A DNA stretch of 64,000 bases from Tubulanus polymorphus (GCF_964204645.1 NC_134027.1:11378485-11442484), one strand, 5' to 3'; shown: positions 38,399-50,930, counted from the stretch's first letter. Made by a program: numbers and translations. The notes: generated by a model not told the origin, from the sequence alone.

Positions 38399-39165
38399 GC
38401 CGCGTTCAAACGACAGCTAGTTAGACCGGTCTAAATTAGTTAGGCCTAAATCTAAATTAGACCTGGTCCGGTCCAAATTTAGATCGGACAAAATTTTGGT
38501 GAGCGTTCACAATGCCTTTGGACACGCGTTGATAAAATCGCTTGTCACCGGGCCAACAAGATGCCACCATCTGCTAAATAATTAACTGGGCAGGGATGAA
38601 GTCTTACTTCCAGCTTCCAAGTAGGGCAAGACATTCTTCATTTGACCAATTCGATCCTCTGTCAGGTTAAGACATTTTGCGAATTCGATTTTATTCTATC
38701 ACGCTGAACCTTTAGCTGTTGTTTAAACACGATTCAAAACACGGAAGGAAAACGGATGATGATTGCGCATACGAATACGAATATTTGTTACACTCCAAAC
38801 ATTTCCATGGTAAAGGGAGGAAAAACAGTACTTAAAATTAATTACATAAGCGGCAATAAAAGCATTTAAAACTTGACTTGATAAACTGGACTCACACTCG
38901 ACCGCAGAGGTCACGACATCTACCGCAGATTAAGAATTACGATTTAGACCGGACCTGGTACTAGTTTCTATCCACACACATAGATTTAGACCGGTCCAAA
39001 ATTTGGACCGGACCTGGTTCGTTCTTTTAGACTGCCAAATTAGACCGGTCTAAACTAGACCAGTCTAATTTGGAACGGTATTTTTGCCCGTGTGATCACT
39101 TGGTCCGGTTTAAATTGGACCGGACCAAATTTAGACCGGTCTAAATTTCGTCGTGTGAACACGCC
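38399..39165. mobile_element. MITE family E (Harbinger-like) with TTAGACCGGTCTAA palindrome arrays
   Basis: TAA|GCCGCGTTCAAACGAC ... GTCGTGTGAACACGCC|TA; related fragments at 39515-39612 and 56920-57050. Confidence 0.8.
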
Positions 39166-39615
39166 TATGGATCGGGCATACAATTGCGTTGTAAAAACAT
39201 TCTTGCTATATTTGTTTATCCCCACAGACATACAGCCCCGATCAATTATTAGTTCAATTCAGTCAACTGTTTTGAAAAAAAGAAACTCGCTGTTTCAGGA
39301 AAAAACCTATTTACGTTATTAGCTTTTCTATGACTTATATGTTATAGCAGGACATGAACTACTTTAGTCAAGGATACTGTACATCATTCTACAGTATTGT
39401 CAGTCTAACAGCCGAGGGAATGACTACTTTTTGTTGCTGATCGAACATTGTGAGGAGGTAAAACTTCCGCAATGTGTCGTGAAAGAAGAGTTAACTAGTC
39501 ACACAGTCAATGTTCTTTAGACTGGGCTAATTTGGCCAAGCGTTCACACTCGCAAAAAGTCTGTTCCAAATTGGACTGGTCCATTTTAGATCAGTCAAAT
39601 CTGGACCAACCTCAT

Positions 39616-40070
39616 GCCTAGCATACATCGAACTAGCAACTGATCATATCCAGTTGTAACTGAGCGAGTACCCCACTAACATCGAAAATCCGCAAAAACC
39701 AACAATTGCGTGGCTCATAGCGTGTACATCAAGAGCAACTCATCAAGAGCAACTGGGATTATGTTATCTAGCAAATATTCTTGAGGACGGCACCCAAAAT
39801 CACGTGTCAGTTTAGTCAGTTTAGTTTTAGTCAGTTGTGCCATGTGTTGTTGATAATGAAGCGCGCACATCGACATATGATATGAGTACAATCAGTTGCT
39901 CGAAAGTAGAACATGGGCAACTGGCTGGAAGTGGAGATAGATGGACGCTAACCAGTCATAAGCTCGACAAATTCAAGCAACTGATCGTATCCAGCCAGTT
40001 CCTCTCATGCGCCGAAAACTGCCTTGCAACTCGTCGTCTCCAGTTACTTTGTCGATGATGTAGGCTAGGC
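39616..40070 (+). mobile_element. MITE family C
   Basis: GCCTAGCATACATCG ... GATGTAGGCTAGGC. Confidence 0.85.
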
Positions 40071-40455
40071 AGAATTTTTGGAATTTTGGAATTTCTGTGC
40101 GTATAATCTACCTCTATATCATCTCTATATCAGCGTATGTATCGACCCTATTGTATGTAATGAAAATCTAATGAAGTACTGAAATTGAATAGAATCCATC
40201 CGAAGAAGCCTCCATACTCGTGCGGTAAATATGGACATAGAAACAGGTGCTAGAGCAACTTATGACCAATTAAGAACAAGTGTGTGTAAAGTGCATCCAC
40301 TGTACCACCCACAAGACAAGTAATTTCCATTATCCCGTACAGGATCTTGCCTTGTTGAATACTAATGGCTGAACTCCGGCCACTTTACAAGCAATACCTT
40401 TTCTTTCCTTCGGCCTAAATGTCGCTGTGCTAATAACGATAACGTCCTTCAAGAT

Positions 40456-40649
40456 CAGTGGCGTTGGAAGTGCAGCGACTGCAGCGACTACAGCGGCCAA
40501 AAGAGCGGCAATAATTTACTGAATGACTTTTTTTTTCTTTGAATACCACGTTTTTTAAGAAATTAAGTCAATTCGCCACGGCAATATTAAGAATCTGTCC
40601 AAAATCGGCATTTGGCCGCAGCAATAAAACATTGCTTCCAACACGCCTG
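40456..40649. mobile_element. hAT-like MITE
   Basis: AAGAT|CAGTGGCGTTGGAAG ... CTTCCAACACGCCTG|AGGAT. Confidence 0.7.
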
Positions 40650-40775
40650 AGGATGTGGTCTCAAAAGCCACCGGTAGATCTTTTTTACGGAAAGTTTAGC
40701 TACATTGCTTCCAACACGCCTATGGATGTGGTCTCAAAAGCTACCGGTAGATCTTTTTGACGGCAAGTATAGCTA
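40629..40775. repeat. Tandem duplication, 2 x ~73 bp, including the MITE right end
   Basis: ACATTGCTTCCAACACGCCT..GGATGTGGTCTCAAAAGC.ACCGGTAGATCTTTTT twice (40629, 40702). Confidence 0.92.
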
Positions 40776-41014
40776 TACTCAAGCAGTATGCAAAGAAGGA
40801 ATGATAATCCCCGATGATTACTTTAACTAAAAGAATTATCTTATAGGTTTCCGTCGCGTAACGATGTCTGATGGTGTTAGAAAAATTTGGAATCACTGTT
40901 ATGGTTTGCTCGATCGTGATTTTGAAAATAGTGATGTACAACACGGTAGTCGGTCGAGATAGTCGCGTCAACTTTAAAACTCAGCAAAAATGAGAAACAA
41001 GGTATCAATTTTTT

Positions 41015-41054
41015 GTGTAACCATGGACGTTTAAACTTACGTCCATGGTGTAAC
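41015..41054. mobile_element. 26-bp P-element-like relic with perfect 7-bp TSD
   Basis: GTGTAAC|CATGGACGTTTAAACTTACGTCCATG|GTGTAAC. Confidence 0.7.
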
Positions 41055-42416
41055 CAACTGATCCATCATTAGTAAAGTTGTATGACCATCACTACTCCAC
41101 CAGGTGGCATAACTGCTTGTTGGTTATACGCCGATAGAATAAGTTCATTTTCAATTTAAACCTATGAATCTGATTTTGCAGGTTCCCAAATCCAGATACT
41201 AAGATCTATAAGACTCATCATTGACTTAGACAGTTTTCATCGATAATGCATTCAAGAATCGAAAAAATTGATTTGAATCTTTAATCAAATTTGTAGAATA
41301 AATCGAACGGATAAACAGCGACTACCAGTGAACTTGGCACGCAAATTCAAAGGTCGGATCTAGGATTCTTTGAAGGGGTGGACCTGAAAATTGGAATGGG
41401 CACTTAATTTGAGAAGGCAATGCAAGGGGTGCAAGCAAAACTTTGGGGTTCTGGTGGTCATCCAATAGAAAATTCAGGACAAACAGGAGCTTATCTGACC
41501 CTAATTAGAGTCCATTTGGATTTTTTTCATCTTTCTTTAAGAATTTCCTTAAAAAAAGATTTTCAGACTTTTTGGAGGGCATATTCGAATTTCGTTGAGG
41601 ACTAACCCGTCCATCAAGATGACCCTGAATACAGCCTTATACCAACAGCCATAAGTGGATCCTCAATTGCCACAGTAGCACTGCCACCAGTCATCTCAAT
41701 AACCTCTGGATCCGACGGCCCTGCCAGTTCGATTAGATATCCTTTAGCAAAATATAATCAGATCGTTAATTATGAACTCCCGCATCATTTCAAAGCATCC
41801 TCAAATTTTGAATTATTGGACATTCATCTAGTTCACCATAACTCACCGTATAATAAACCTATATCAATATACTGACAGTTAATAAATAACCGGAAAGTAA
41901 ATCGCGGGGTCGCCACCATCTTTAAATCTATTTACTACATGACGAAATTAAATGACAAATTGCCGATGATGAAACGCGAAGGTTGAAAGTGCGCGCGTAT
42001 AATCTTTGCACCGATTCGAACTAGCATTCGACGCCGGGTTCTGCCGCGATAAATTCGATTCCACGCAAAAATTACTTTCGAACAAATCGAATAAAAGGCG
42101 CGCGCAGGAAATTTTATTCATTCGACAAAATAGATTGATGGGACGTTTTCCGCGAGGTTCATTCCGACTAAAGCTCAATGACACCAAACTAGCGGGGTAA
42201 TACGACACTTAACTTTAACGGGCAAATCTAGTCAACGAAGTTTGATCGGTTCGGGCAAAGCGGCTATTGCGGATATGTAGGCGATATCGATGTACAGCCC
42301 GCGACTGGCCAGCGAGACATTCGCATCGTAGTTCAAAGACTATCCGAAACGACAAATCCGCCATTTTTAGTGCGAACAGTTGAGGATGAAAAATATACCT
42401 CGTTTCTTATCACTTA

Positions 42417-42673
42417 GACGCGATCACACGGAGACGATTCGGTCGGGGCAATATCGCCGCAGATCAGGCCCTAGTCAAATTTCTCCTGCGCCTAGAGAGC
42501 GCGTTCACACGCAAACCACTCACTAATTAGATACTAAACAATGCCTCAATAAAAGCAAAGCGAGTCTCTTCCAGAACCAAGATTTGTCTCGGGCCAGGCC
42601 CGGCCAGACAGACACAGCCCCATTTGGCACCCATATGTTCAATTGTTCCAGGCTTTGCATGCGTAATCGCAGT
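42417..42673 (-). mobile_element. MITE family A
   Basis: TTA|GACGCGATCACACGGAGACGATT with family A interior; further fragment at 42788-42853. Confidence 0.8.
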
Positions 42674-43319
42674 ACTAATGTAAGTAGTATCGATCTAGGA
42701 CATTCACATTGCAGTTAGAGGACAATTGAGATCTCTTATTAATCACTTAGATGAGATCACTTAGGTGATGATATTGGCATTCGTAATGTGAACATACTTT
42801 TAACACGAGGCCTATTTCTACCCGGGCCAAATCCTCTCCGTGCGATCAAAGCTCGTTCGAGTTCAATTCGGGCAGCGAATTCGATCCCTTCGTCGTTCGT
42901 TCTAACAACGCTCATCGATCGGGATAAAAAAAACTTGCCATTTTCAGTCGGTCGACGACATAACCAATCAAGTCGGTAAACCGCTTCTCTCTCTCTCACT
43001 GGTCGGGTTAAAAATATTCCGTTCACGAAGGCAAATCTTCGAAAATCCTGCGAATATTTGCCGAACTCGTACCGAGGTATTCATCTACTTGGAATAGACT
43101 CGATCGCAGCAATCGTGTTGATAAATCACTTCACTCGGAAAAACCGACGACCAAATCCTCGGTAAGTCTCGAACTATTAAAGGGTATACCGACGCATATA
43201 TTGAGCAGGGGTGAATCAAGGGTTGCAGCTCGAGACACAACAACTCCCATCGAGAGTTATTTCTGAAAGGAATGCGACAGGAAGCCTATTCTCCTCACCT
43301 CCAACCTAGAGCTTAACAC

Positions 43320-43512
43320 AGCCACAAAGCCACAGTCACAAAGTCTTTATCGTCCAAGATAAAACACAAGTAAGAAGAAACACTCCTTCTCATATAGAGT
43401 AGCCACCACACAAAACTCGCTACCAAGTCATGCGGTCAACACGGTAGTCCTCAATACCTTCAAAACAAGACTTGATGCATTACTAGACGACAAACTCTAT
43501 ACCGTACAGTAA
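43320..43512 (+). mobile_element. CR1-clade LINE ORF2 C-terminal fragment
   Basis: 43381-43512 translates HSFSYRVATTQNSLPSHAVNTVVLNTFKTRLDALLDDKLYTVQ*, matching the CR1-type FSxRVxxxWNxLPxxxVxAxSxxxFKxxLD terminus. Confidence 0.8.
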
Positions 43513-43522
43513 CTGCTTAAAA

Positions 43523-43652
43523 CCTAGGGCCAGTTCCATAGTGAGGGTTTAGACTGAAGACCTGTCTAAGACCAACTTAGTTCTATAGCCAATCTAACAA
43601 CTTAAGACCAGTCTCAAGATTTATAACCACTTTTGGTCAAAGACTTACGACC
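43523..43652 (+). mobile_element. Fragment of GGGCCCAGTTCCA-type MITE
   Basis: GGGCCAGTTCCATAGTG...AAGACCAACTTAGTTCTATAGCCAATCTAACAACTTAAGACCAGTCT. Confidence 0.7.
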
Positions 43653-43772
43653 TTTAGAAAATGATGATGATGTCAGGACGATTTGCTTTATTCAATAACT
43701 TGTTTAAGACAAGTTTAAGATTCGTGTGTCTATATTCTTTCAGCGTTGTTTGGTAATCGAGAGATCTTAAAC

Positions 43773-44312
43773 AGAGTTGATCATTCAAGAACTCTAGACG
43801 TTGTTTCAGCTATTGATCTTTTCTTTTTCAGACGGTCAACTTACCAGGTGGTGGTGTCAGTCGAGATCAAGAGTCTTTACTATTGTGCCGTAGTAAAAAG
43901 GCATGGAGTATCTACTATTCGTCGCGATAGCAAGTGCTGATTTGGCCTGGGATCAAATTGGCACAGATGAGGTTCGATCCAAATTTGGCCCGTGCCTAAT
44001 AAGAGAGCACATTCACAAGTAAACCACACACTCCACACTATGCTCAAAGCGCAGTGGGTCATTTCCGATACGAGTTCCAATTCAAACGCAATCATTTGTC
44101 CCATGCTAAAATTTGGCTCAGGCCTGGTCCAACGTTTTTGGTCGGGCCAAATTTGGCCTAGGCCTGGGCAAATGACACTTGTGTGATCGCGTAGAATTGA
44201 TCATATGGGAAGACATTGTTTCAGCTATTGATCTTTTTGTTTCAGACGGTCAACCTGCAAGGTGGTGGTGTCGGTCGAGGTCAAGAGTCTTTACTATGGC
44301 GGTGTAGTAAAA
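43773..44312. repeat. Direct repeat of ~120 bp (43773-43898 and 44193-44312) bracketing a family A MITE (43935-44192, minus)
   Basis: TTGTTTCAGCTATTGATCTT...TTCAGACGGTCAAC...AGGTGGTGGTGTC.GTCGAG.TCAAGAGTCTTTACTAT twice. Confidence 0.9.
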
Positions 44313-44405
44313 TCGCACATCAAATCAACAGGCATTATCGAATAAGATCAATTATGAAATAAGTCCATTGTCCGAAATAGTCACATTCGAATTTGGAGGC
44401 ATGCT

Positions 44406-44707
44406 CAGGCGCGGATCCAGGGGGGTAGAATCCGCTACCCTCGAAATTTTCAGTTTGCCCCTGAAAATCTTTCCAGTAAAAATTCGGTACCATCTGAGGA
44501 CGCCCAAAGGCTGCTAATGTAATTTTCTTTGGTTGAAACAAGCTCAAATGCTTGGAAATGGCATCTGCAGGGACTTATTTTTCAAAATTTTTCTGGAGAA
44601 GGGCAACCAGACCTGTTTTCGCAACTCGTGGATAGCGCCTCTTTTTAATAATTATTGCCCTTTTCATCGGGTGCTACCCCTCGATAAAAGTTCGTAATCC
44701 GACCCTG
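44406..44707. mobile_element. hAT-like MITE with 5-bp TSD
   Basis: ATGCT|CAGGCGCGGATCCAG ... AATCCGACCCTG|ATGCT. Confidence 0.8.
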
Positions 44708-44854
44708 ATGCTGTGAAAAACTGTGTGTACAAATTCAACTTACATTTCAGTAACAAATTACTTATTCCCTCCCCCCAGAATGTATACAGGTCATTGAATT
44801 TAGATTCACCTCCATCAAAAGCTAACTTTAATTACCATTCTAAACACGACAATA

Positions 44855-45124
44855 GCCGCGATCACACAAGCATTTTTGGCCCGCACCAAATTTGGCCCAA
44901 CCAAAAATGTCGGACCAGGCCCAAATTCTAGCACAAGACAAATGATTGCGTTTGAATTGCAACTGGTCCTGTAAATGATTCACTTCCCTTTGTCTGAGCA
45001 TTGTTTAGTATCGAGTGAATGGTTTGCATGTGAACGCGCTCTCTAATTAGGCACGGGCCAAATTTGACTCTAGCCTGATCCGTGCCAATTTGGCCCGGCC
45101 AAGTTGTCTCTGCGTAATCCCGGC
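44855..45124 (+). mobile_element. MITE family A, near full length
   Basis: TA|GCCGCGATCACACAAGCATTTTTGG ... TCTCTGCGTAATCCCGGC. Confidence 0.9.
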
Positions 45125-45156
45125 TTTTATCTCGGCAGTATGAGCGCGCAGGCTGG

Positions 45157-45860
45157 GCATGCTGCTGTTACAATGATCTGGTTTCAAAAATGTGTTTTTT
45201 TTTTGCGAAATACATTTGACCCGAGATCTTCGGAAAACCAGCCGAGCTCGGAATTTTCGAAACAATCTCTGTGTATCCAATTTTGGTCGGGATACAGCAG
45301 GTTCCTTTTCAATAATCCCCCAAAAATTCATGGGGCCCAAGAGTTTGTTAGGGTTAACCACCAGGGTCCAGTTCCACAGTTCTGAGTTAAGATTTGACCC
45401 TGGCTTTAAACATTGAAAATGAACTAACTTTAACTCAGAGTTAACTCTAACTCACAACTGTGGAACTGGGTCCTGTGGATAGTTTAAAAAGTGACTTATC
45501 TTTAACCTACGAGCAATCATCTCAACCTTAACGCCATTTTTGTCGATACATTCTTTTTATGAGGGCACCAGAAAAATCTAAGGGGGATTGCAGATGCCGC
45601 AGGTGCGACACCCTATAACCGCCCCTGATGAGCATGCTGCTGGTCCAAGATACATTCAACCTCAGAACTTCGCTGGAAAATCAGTTGAGAAAACAATCTC
45701 TTGGGGTCACTCATATCTGTCCAATTTTGGTTGGAATACAGCAGGTTCCTTTTCAATAATTCCCCAAAAATTCCTAGGGCCCACAAGATTGTTAGGGTTA
45801 ACCAGTGGATAGTTGAAAAAATTACAACTTCATTGTTACTACAAGCAATCATCTCAACCT
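45157..45860. repeat. Local duplication (45157-45528 / 45632-45860)
   Basis: CCAATTTTGGT.GG.ATACAGCAGGTTCCTTTTCAATAAT.CCCCAAAAATTC...TGTTAGGGTTAACCA shared. Confidence 0.9.
45362..45475. mobile_element. 114-bp palindromic MITE
   Basis: CAGGGTCCAGTTCCACAGTT ... AACTGTGGAACTGGGTCCTG; absent from the duplicate copy; related copy at 54059-54144. Confidence 0.85.
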
Positions 45861-47494
45861 CAATCATGTTGAGATGATTGCTCGTAACTTTAACCTTGGA
45901 GTAAGCATGATTACTCCAAGCTTAAACCAACTTTTGAGCAACTAGCCCTTGGATACATCCTCCCACCCACCCTCATATAATTCCTCGATGGAAAAATCTG
46001 CCGTGATGATCAGGTTGCCGGTACGAACGGATCAGATGCAACACTTGCCCAATTAACATCACTATGAATCTACCATCCATGGACAGAAAACAGAAACCAT
46101 AGTAATTACGAAAATGGCAGATCAAAACGCGCTATCTATGCCAATCCCTTCTTTGAAAAAAAAGAAAACCACCGACCGAACGCGAACAAAATCCGATCAG
46201 ACATATACCGGCTTAGTTTTTGATCATGATGACGATACTATGAATTATAAATGCGCCTATTTCTGAAAATGAAAAGTCAGCAATAGCATCAGCAGCAGCC
46301 ACAAGAGATTATGTTCATGTCATGAAGAATATTAGCGAGTTAATGTATCAAAAATGACATTATCGTAGTTTTGAAAATTTCTATGAAGAAACATAGTTCA
46401 AAAATAACAATTCAAAAATAACAATGAAATATCAATGTATATATGTATTTTCAACTATATTTTTATCTAAGTTTTATACTCTAGTTTGATAGAAAACTGC
46501 AATTCAAACTGCAAACTGCGATTTTTTTTTTTACTTAGGGATATAGTTTTCACCTTGTGGGATTTTTACTAGGAAGATTTTCACTGGTGGGATTTTTTTC
46601 AGGGGGATTGTAACCAATGGAATATTGACTGCGGACATGGGGGGTGTCAGGTGTCGAGGTTCGGCATTTTCGCCAGGGGGTTTTATTACCTACGTTCTTC
46701 TAAACCTCATCAGAAAATGACAATTCTCGATGCACAATACATCATACTATATTTCATCTGACATTTCATTATGTATTGACAACTGCAGCTTCGTGCATAC
46801 CTCTTAAAAACACCTGATGTTCAGTTTGTTCTGTTGAGCAAATAATCATCGAAACAGTTCTATACTATCATCAGTATTAATATAGTCAGCCCGTCAGTCA
46901 GTTCATCGATATCATGTATGGTTATCTTACCACCAGAAATCTAAAATACCAGACATGATTATCTACCTAATAGATTGGTTTTTCTGGCAGAAAAGTTTAC
47001 CTTTTCGGAATAATCAACCGCCCTTGGAAATTCATTGATTTGACTGATACGTAGAATATTTCCTTTGAAGTGAAATTGACCTTGAACACAATGAGCCAAT
47101 CAGCACTTATGAAAGGTCGAGGTAGCATGCGTCACGAAAAGAGAGGTTAGCTCAATTTGAGTGTAAAGAGACTTCTTTCAACACTGCCAGAAATCTTGAA
47201 ATTGCAAAATATGTCCAATTATATAATTTTCCAACAATATGCATAATCAGTATTTCAAACTAAATTGATTTGCATGGCAGATCTCTAAAGTTTCTAAATC
47301 TCCATTTTCTGCTTTCGCTAGAACAAACCTTTAGCAATTCATCAGTTCTGGGTTTTAAAAAATCGATAAGATGCAAGTTTTTCAAGATAAATGACATAAG
47401 CTGCGACCACACGAGCATAGAAAAACAAACCTCAGAAGCGCTTACTAATGCCCCGAGCATTGCACAGTGTGTTGAGAGATTAAAGATAATTAAT

Positions 47495-48375
47495 TTTTTT
47501 GACAACGTTAAACCTGTTACAATAATGCCTTTATATAAATACATTGATACCTAGTATATGTTATATAAGGGGTTCTGTGTGAGTCGATATGCACTATCAT
47601 TTGGCATTTCAAAATAACATTCGCAATTGTGAATTTTGGCGATTATTTCGTAATTAAATATATTTCATAACTCTTTATTTTATTATTGATAAATATTAAA
47701 TATCAAATTATTTTTTGAGAGGATGAGCGCTACGTCATCGCTGTATCGTGACTAGACCGATTGCCGGTCAATTCAATTCAATTAAATTATCGATTCATTC
47801 AAATCCAAAACTTCATGTTATAACCTTATAATTGAAAAAGGAAGGAGACTCGGCATCGCTCAACCAAATCGTATTTTCCCTCACTGTAACGCTGTCGGCG
47901 ACGAATCCCATTTTATTTTTTATTGTAAACTGCAGGATAACTTAAGAACTAAATATGATATTGTAAATTTAAACCTAGACACTTTTCTTTCGGCCTTAAC
48001 TAATCCCAATAAACCAATCTTCTTAAAAATCGCGAAATTTATATATTATGGGCTTGTAAATATCACTTAAATAATATTGTATGTATATGTTAGACATTGT
48101 ATTACTTCTCTCTCTCCTTTTATAATTTTTCTTTTATTGCACATCTTTTTTGTTTTTTGTCTGTTTGTTGTTATTGTTGTTTTTCTTCATTCACAATCTT
48201 ATACTTTGGATTTATGATGAATAAATTGAAATTGAAATTGAAAATTGAAATTGAAATTGTATCCTCGATATTATAAAATCTATATCATATCATCTCTCTA
48301 CACGTGCAGTCGACAATATTACGCAATAAATGTGTCATTTCTCAAGGCATCGATAAAAACTTTCTAAAAGATAGC
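47495..48375 (+). mobile_element. Family F element split by a LINE insertion
   Basis: Family F 5' half 47495-47811 and 3' half 48261-48375 flank the LINE. Confidence 0.8.
47813..48259 (+). mobile_element. 5'-truncated LINE: ORF2 C-terminal Cys/His domain, 3' UTR and (AAATTG)n tail
   Basis: 47813-48070 translates SCYNLIIEKGRRLGIAQPNRIFPHCNAVGDESHFIFYCKLQDNLRTKY...KIAKFIYYGLVNIT*, matching the HxLxIExGR..RxCxxC..DExHFxxxC motif; AATAAA then (ATTGAA)n. Confidence 0.85.
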
Positions 48376-48819
48376 TTTCTCGTCCTGAAAATGTTATTCT
48401 AGCTTCGATTAAATCAACGTACAACTAAACAACTAAACATCGCCATTCGGCGAGCGACATCGTTAAGAACGGCGTACATACGGCATTGTTTCGTTCGCCG
48501 CGAGATTCGACGCTTTCATTAACGATTCCCGTCGTTTCTACCGCGGCGTTAGTCGAGCCGAGAGTGTCTTGAATCCGAATATGCGCGCGTCGCGCGCATA
48601 TGTATTTTATATCACAAAAGAAGTCTTCATCAGAATCAACAAGCGTATACTTGATATCAGAACAAATGGAACGCTCGCCGCGTCGACGCAGAATGTTAAT
48701 GAGCTGTATGCCGATAACAATACGAGAACTTAGGCCGCGCAGTTTCGTTTATTAGCTGTCATCCCGCGAAATGCCAAAAGCTGTATTCCGAGTCAACTCA
48801 GGGCACCCTCGACACTTAA

Positions 48820-49054
48820 GCTGTGCGATCACACGAACGTTTTTTTGTTCCATGGCAAACTAGGTTCGGAACAACCGTTCACACGGGTGCCAAATGCCCC
48901 AGTGAATGTTTGGCCCCAACCGAATAAGTCAGACCAGTCCCAAGCCAAGTTTTAGCGCGGGTTAAATCATTGCACATGAACTGCTTAGAGAAATGTCTCA
49001 CTTTACTTTGTTTGAGCATTGTTTAGAGCCGAATCGTCTCCATGTGATCACGGC
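48820..49054 (+). mobile_element. MITE family A
   Basis: TAA|GCTGTGCGATCACACG ... CATGTGATCACGGC|TTA. Confidence 0.85.
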
Positions 49055-49879
49055 TTATGGCCGAGACATTGCAAATTTCAAAAAATGCTGACAGCAGGGT
49101 AGGTTCAGGTATTTAGAAAGGGGCAACCACATGTGGCTTACACGATGAATGCAGGTGTGGGAGTGTGAAACTGCATTTAGGTGCACAGTGAGAGTATAAC
49201 ATACCTCAACCTGCTCCAGTGGTGAGTCCAGGGGTCATAGGGATACCACCCGTGCCCCCGAACCGACCACTGGCGCAAGTTCGTAGTATCTCATTCCGAA
49301 CCAAGGGTGTGCGGCCGGAGAAGAAACTTTTCCACCAACAGGATTTGAACCCATCAAATGCATCGTACTCGAAAGATCGTACGGTTTACATCTTGCGGTC
49401 ACAGCCCCTTCGGGAACCCCTTCCGGAACTAGAAACCGAACAAGATATTATCGATAACTCATCTTTTACAAATGTCCCTTAACGGAACCAACGCTCGCGT
49501 TCGGGAACGAAACAAACGAACTTTCTACGGAAGTTAGTTCAACGCGAGGGGGACAGAATACGGACACGTTAGGCAATCGATCACCGATGATAAAGTATAC
49601 ATAATTACCGACGCGTATCTCAATCTGACCGCGCGTATATCGACAAAACACATCCTTCACGTCAAATTAAAACTCTTTGGAGATTAATGCGTATCAACTC
49701 GCGAAATGATAGTATCTCGGGTGGAAATGATGTATGACCTGGATATTGATACGATAACAACTCATAATAGTTCCAACATTGTTACTACTTTTAGCGGGCA
49801 AGGGCTAAAAATGCTTAAAATTTGGTTGAAAGCAACATAAATCAGATTAGATAACAATATAATTTTAACTATCACTGTA

Positions 49880-50090
49880 GCCACAAAAACCTTTTTAGCG
49901 CAGGCCGGATTAGGCCTCGGCCAACCAACCGTTTCAAAGGATGCCAAATGGGCTCCGTTTCTGTTAGACCAGTTCCTTTTTGGGCTAAAATTGGCCTGAC
50001 CCAAAACTTCAGACCAGGCCAAAGCCATATTTTAGCACGGGCCGAATCATTAGGTATGAATTGCGACTGGTTCTGGAAGTGACCCATCCC
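49880..50090 (+). mobile_element. MITE family A, partial
   Basis: GACCAGGCCAAAGCCATATTTTAGCACGGG..AATCATT..TGAATTGCGACTGGTTCTGGAAGTGAC. Confidence 0.7.
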
Positions 50091-50514
50091 CCATGAAAAG
50101 GTCCTATCCGCCGACCATACGCTTGGTTTGTCCGGTCATTGCGAAAGAGGGAGAGAGGAGAGAAATGCGAAATACATATCACCTGAACAAATCAAGCACG
50201 ACTAACTCCGGTGTCATGATTAATACGGCTGATGTGTCACTGTCTGACCCGGAGATGATCACCAGTCTCACCAGTCTGCGCAAATAAATTGCAACGACAG
50301 CTGTGCCTGTGAACCCCTTAATCTATGATTTCATCTATTGTCTAGGTATACGAAGACACTACGTGAATTGACTGGAAACAAAATCCTTACGTGTAACACT
50401 GTAACACACCCACTAATAAACAATGACGTTCAGTTTGTCATTAGTTAGACTCGTCTAATTATTCTTCCAGTAATTAGTCGTAATTGGCTGCTCCTTAATT
50501 CCTTCTAGTGAAGG

Positions 50515-50930
50515 ACAAGATGCAAATGCATCCGAGCCGCCAGTCAGCCATCTTGGATGATATCGTGACCTAGTTTGGTCATGCCCAGTTGACATACCCA
50601 TATAAAATATGAAAGCTCTATCTGGAAGATGTTTTTAGTAATGACCAAGATGTCATCAACTGACTGGCAGCCATCTTGGATTCTGAATCAGAATCCAAGA
50701 TGGCTGCCAGTCAGCTATCTTCAAAGGCATGATGACCTAGTTTGGTCACATGATACACAATTCCATTTCACTTTCTCACATTAAAAAAGGAAGATCTGCA
50801 TGGAATATTATATCAGTTGATAGCCAAAATGTGCCTTTGCAGAATCCAAAATGGCCACCAATCAGCTATCTTGGTTTCGATAACCACAAATATGTAACAA
50901 TACATAGGAAATCCCACACTGATATAATGA
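50515..50930. mobile_element. Helentron/DINE-1-like element rich in GCCATCTTGG motifs
   Basis: ACAAGA terminus, repeated CAGCCATCTTGGA and TGACCTAGTTTGGTCA subunits, perfect internal palindrome. Confidence 0.5.
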
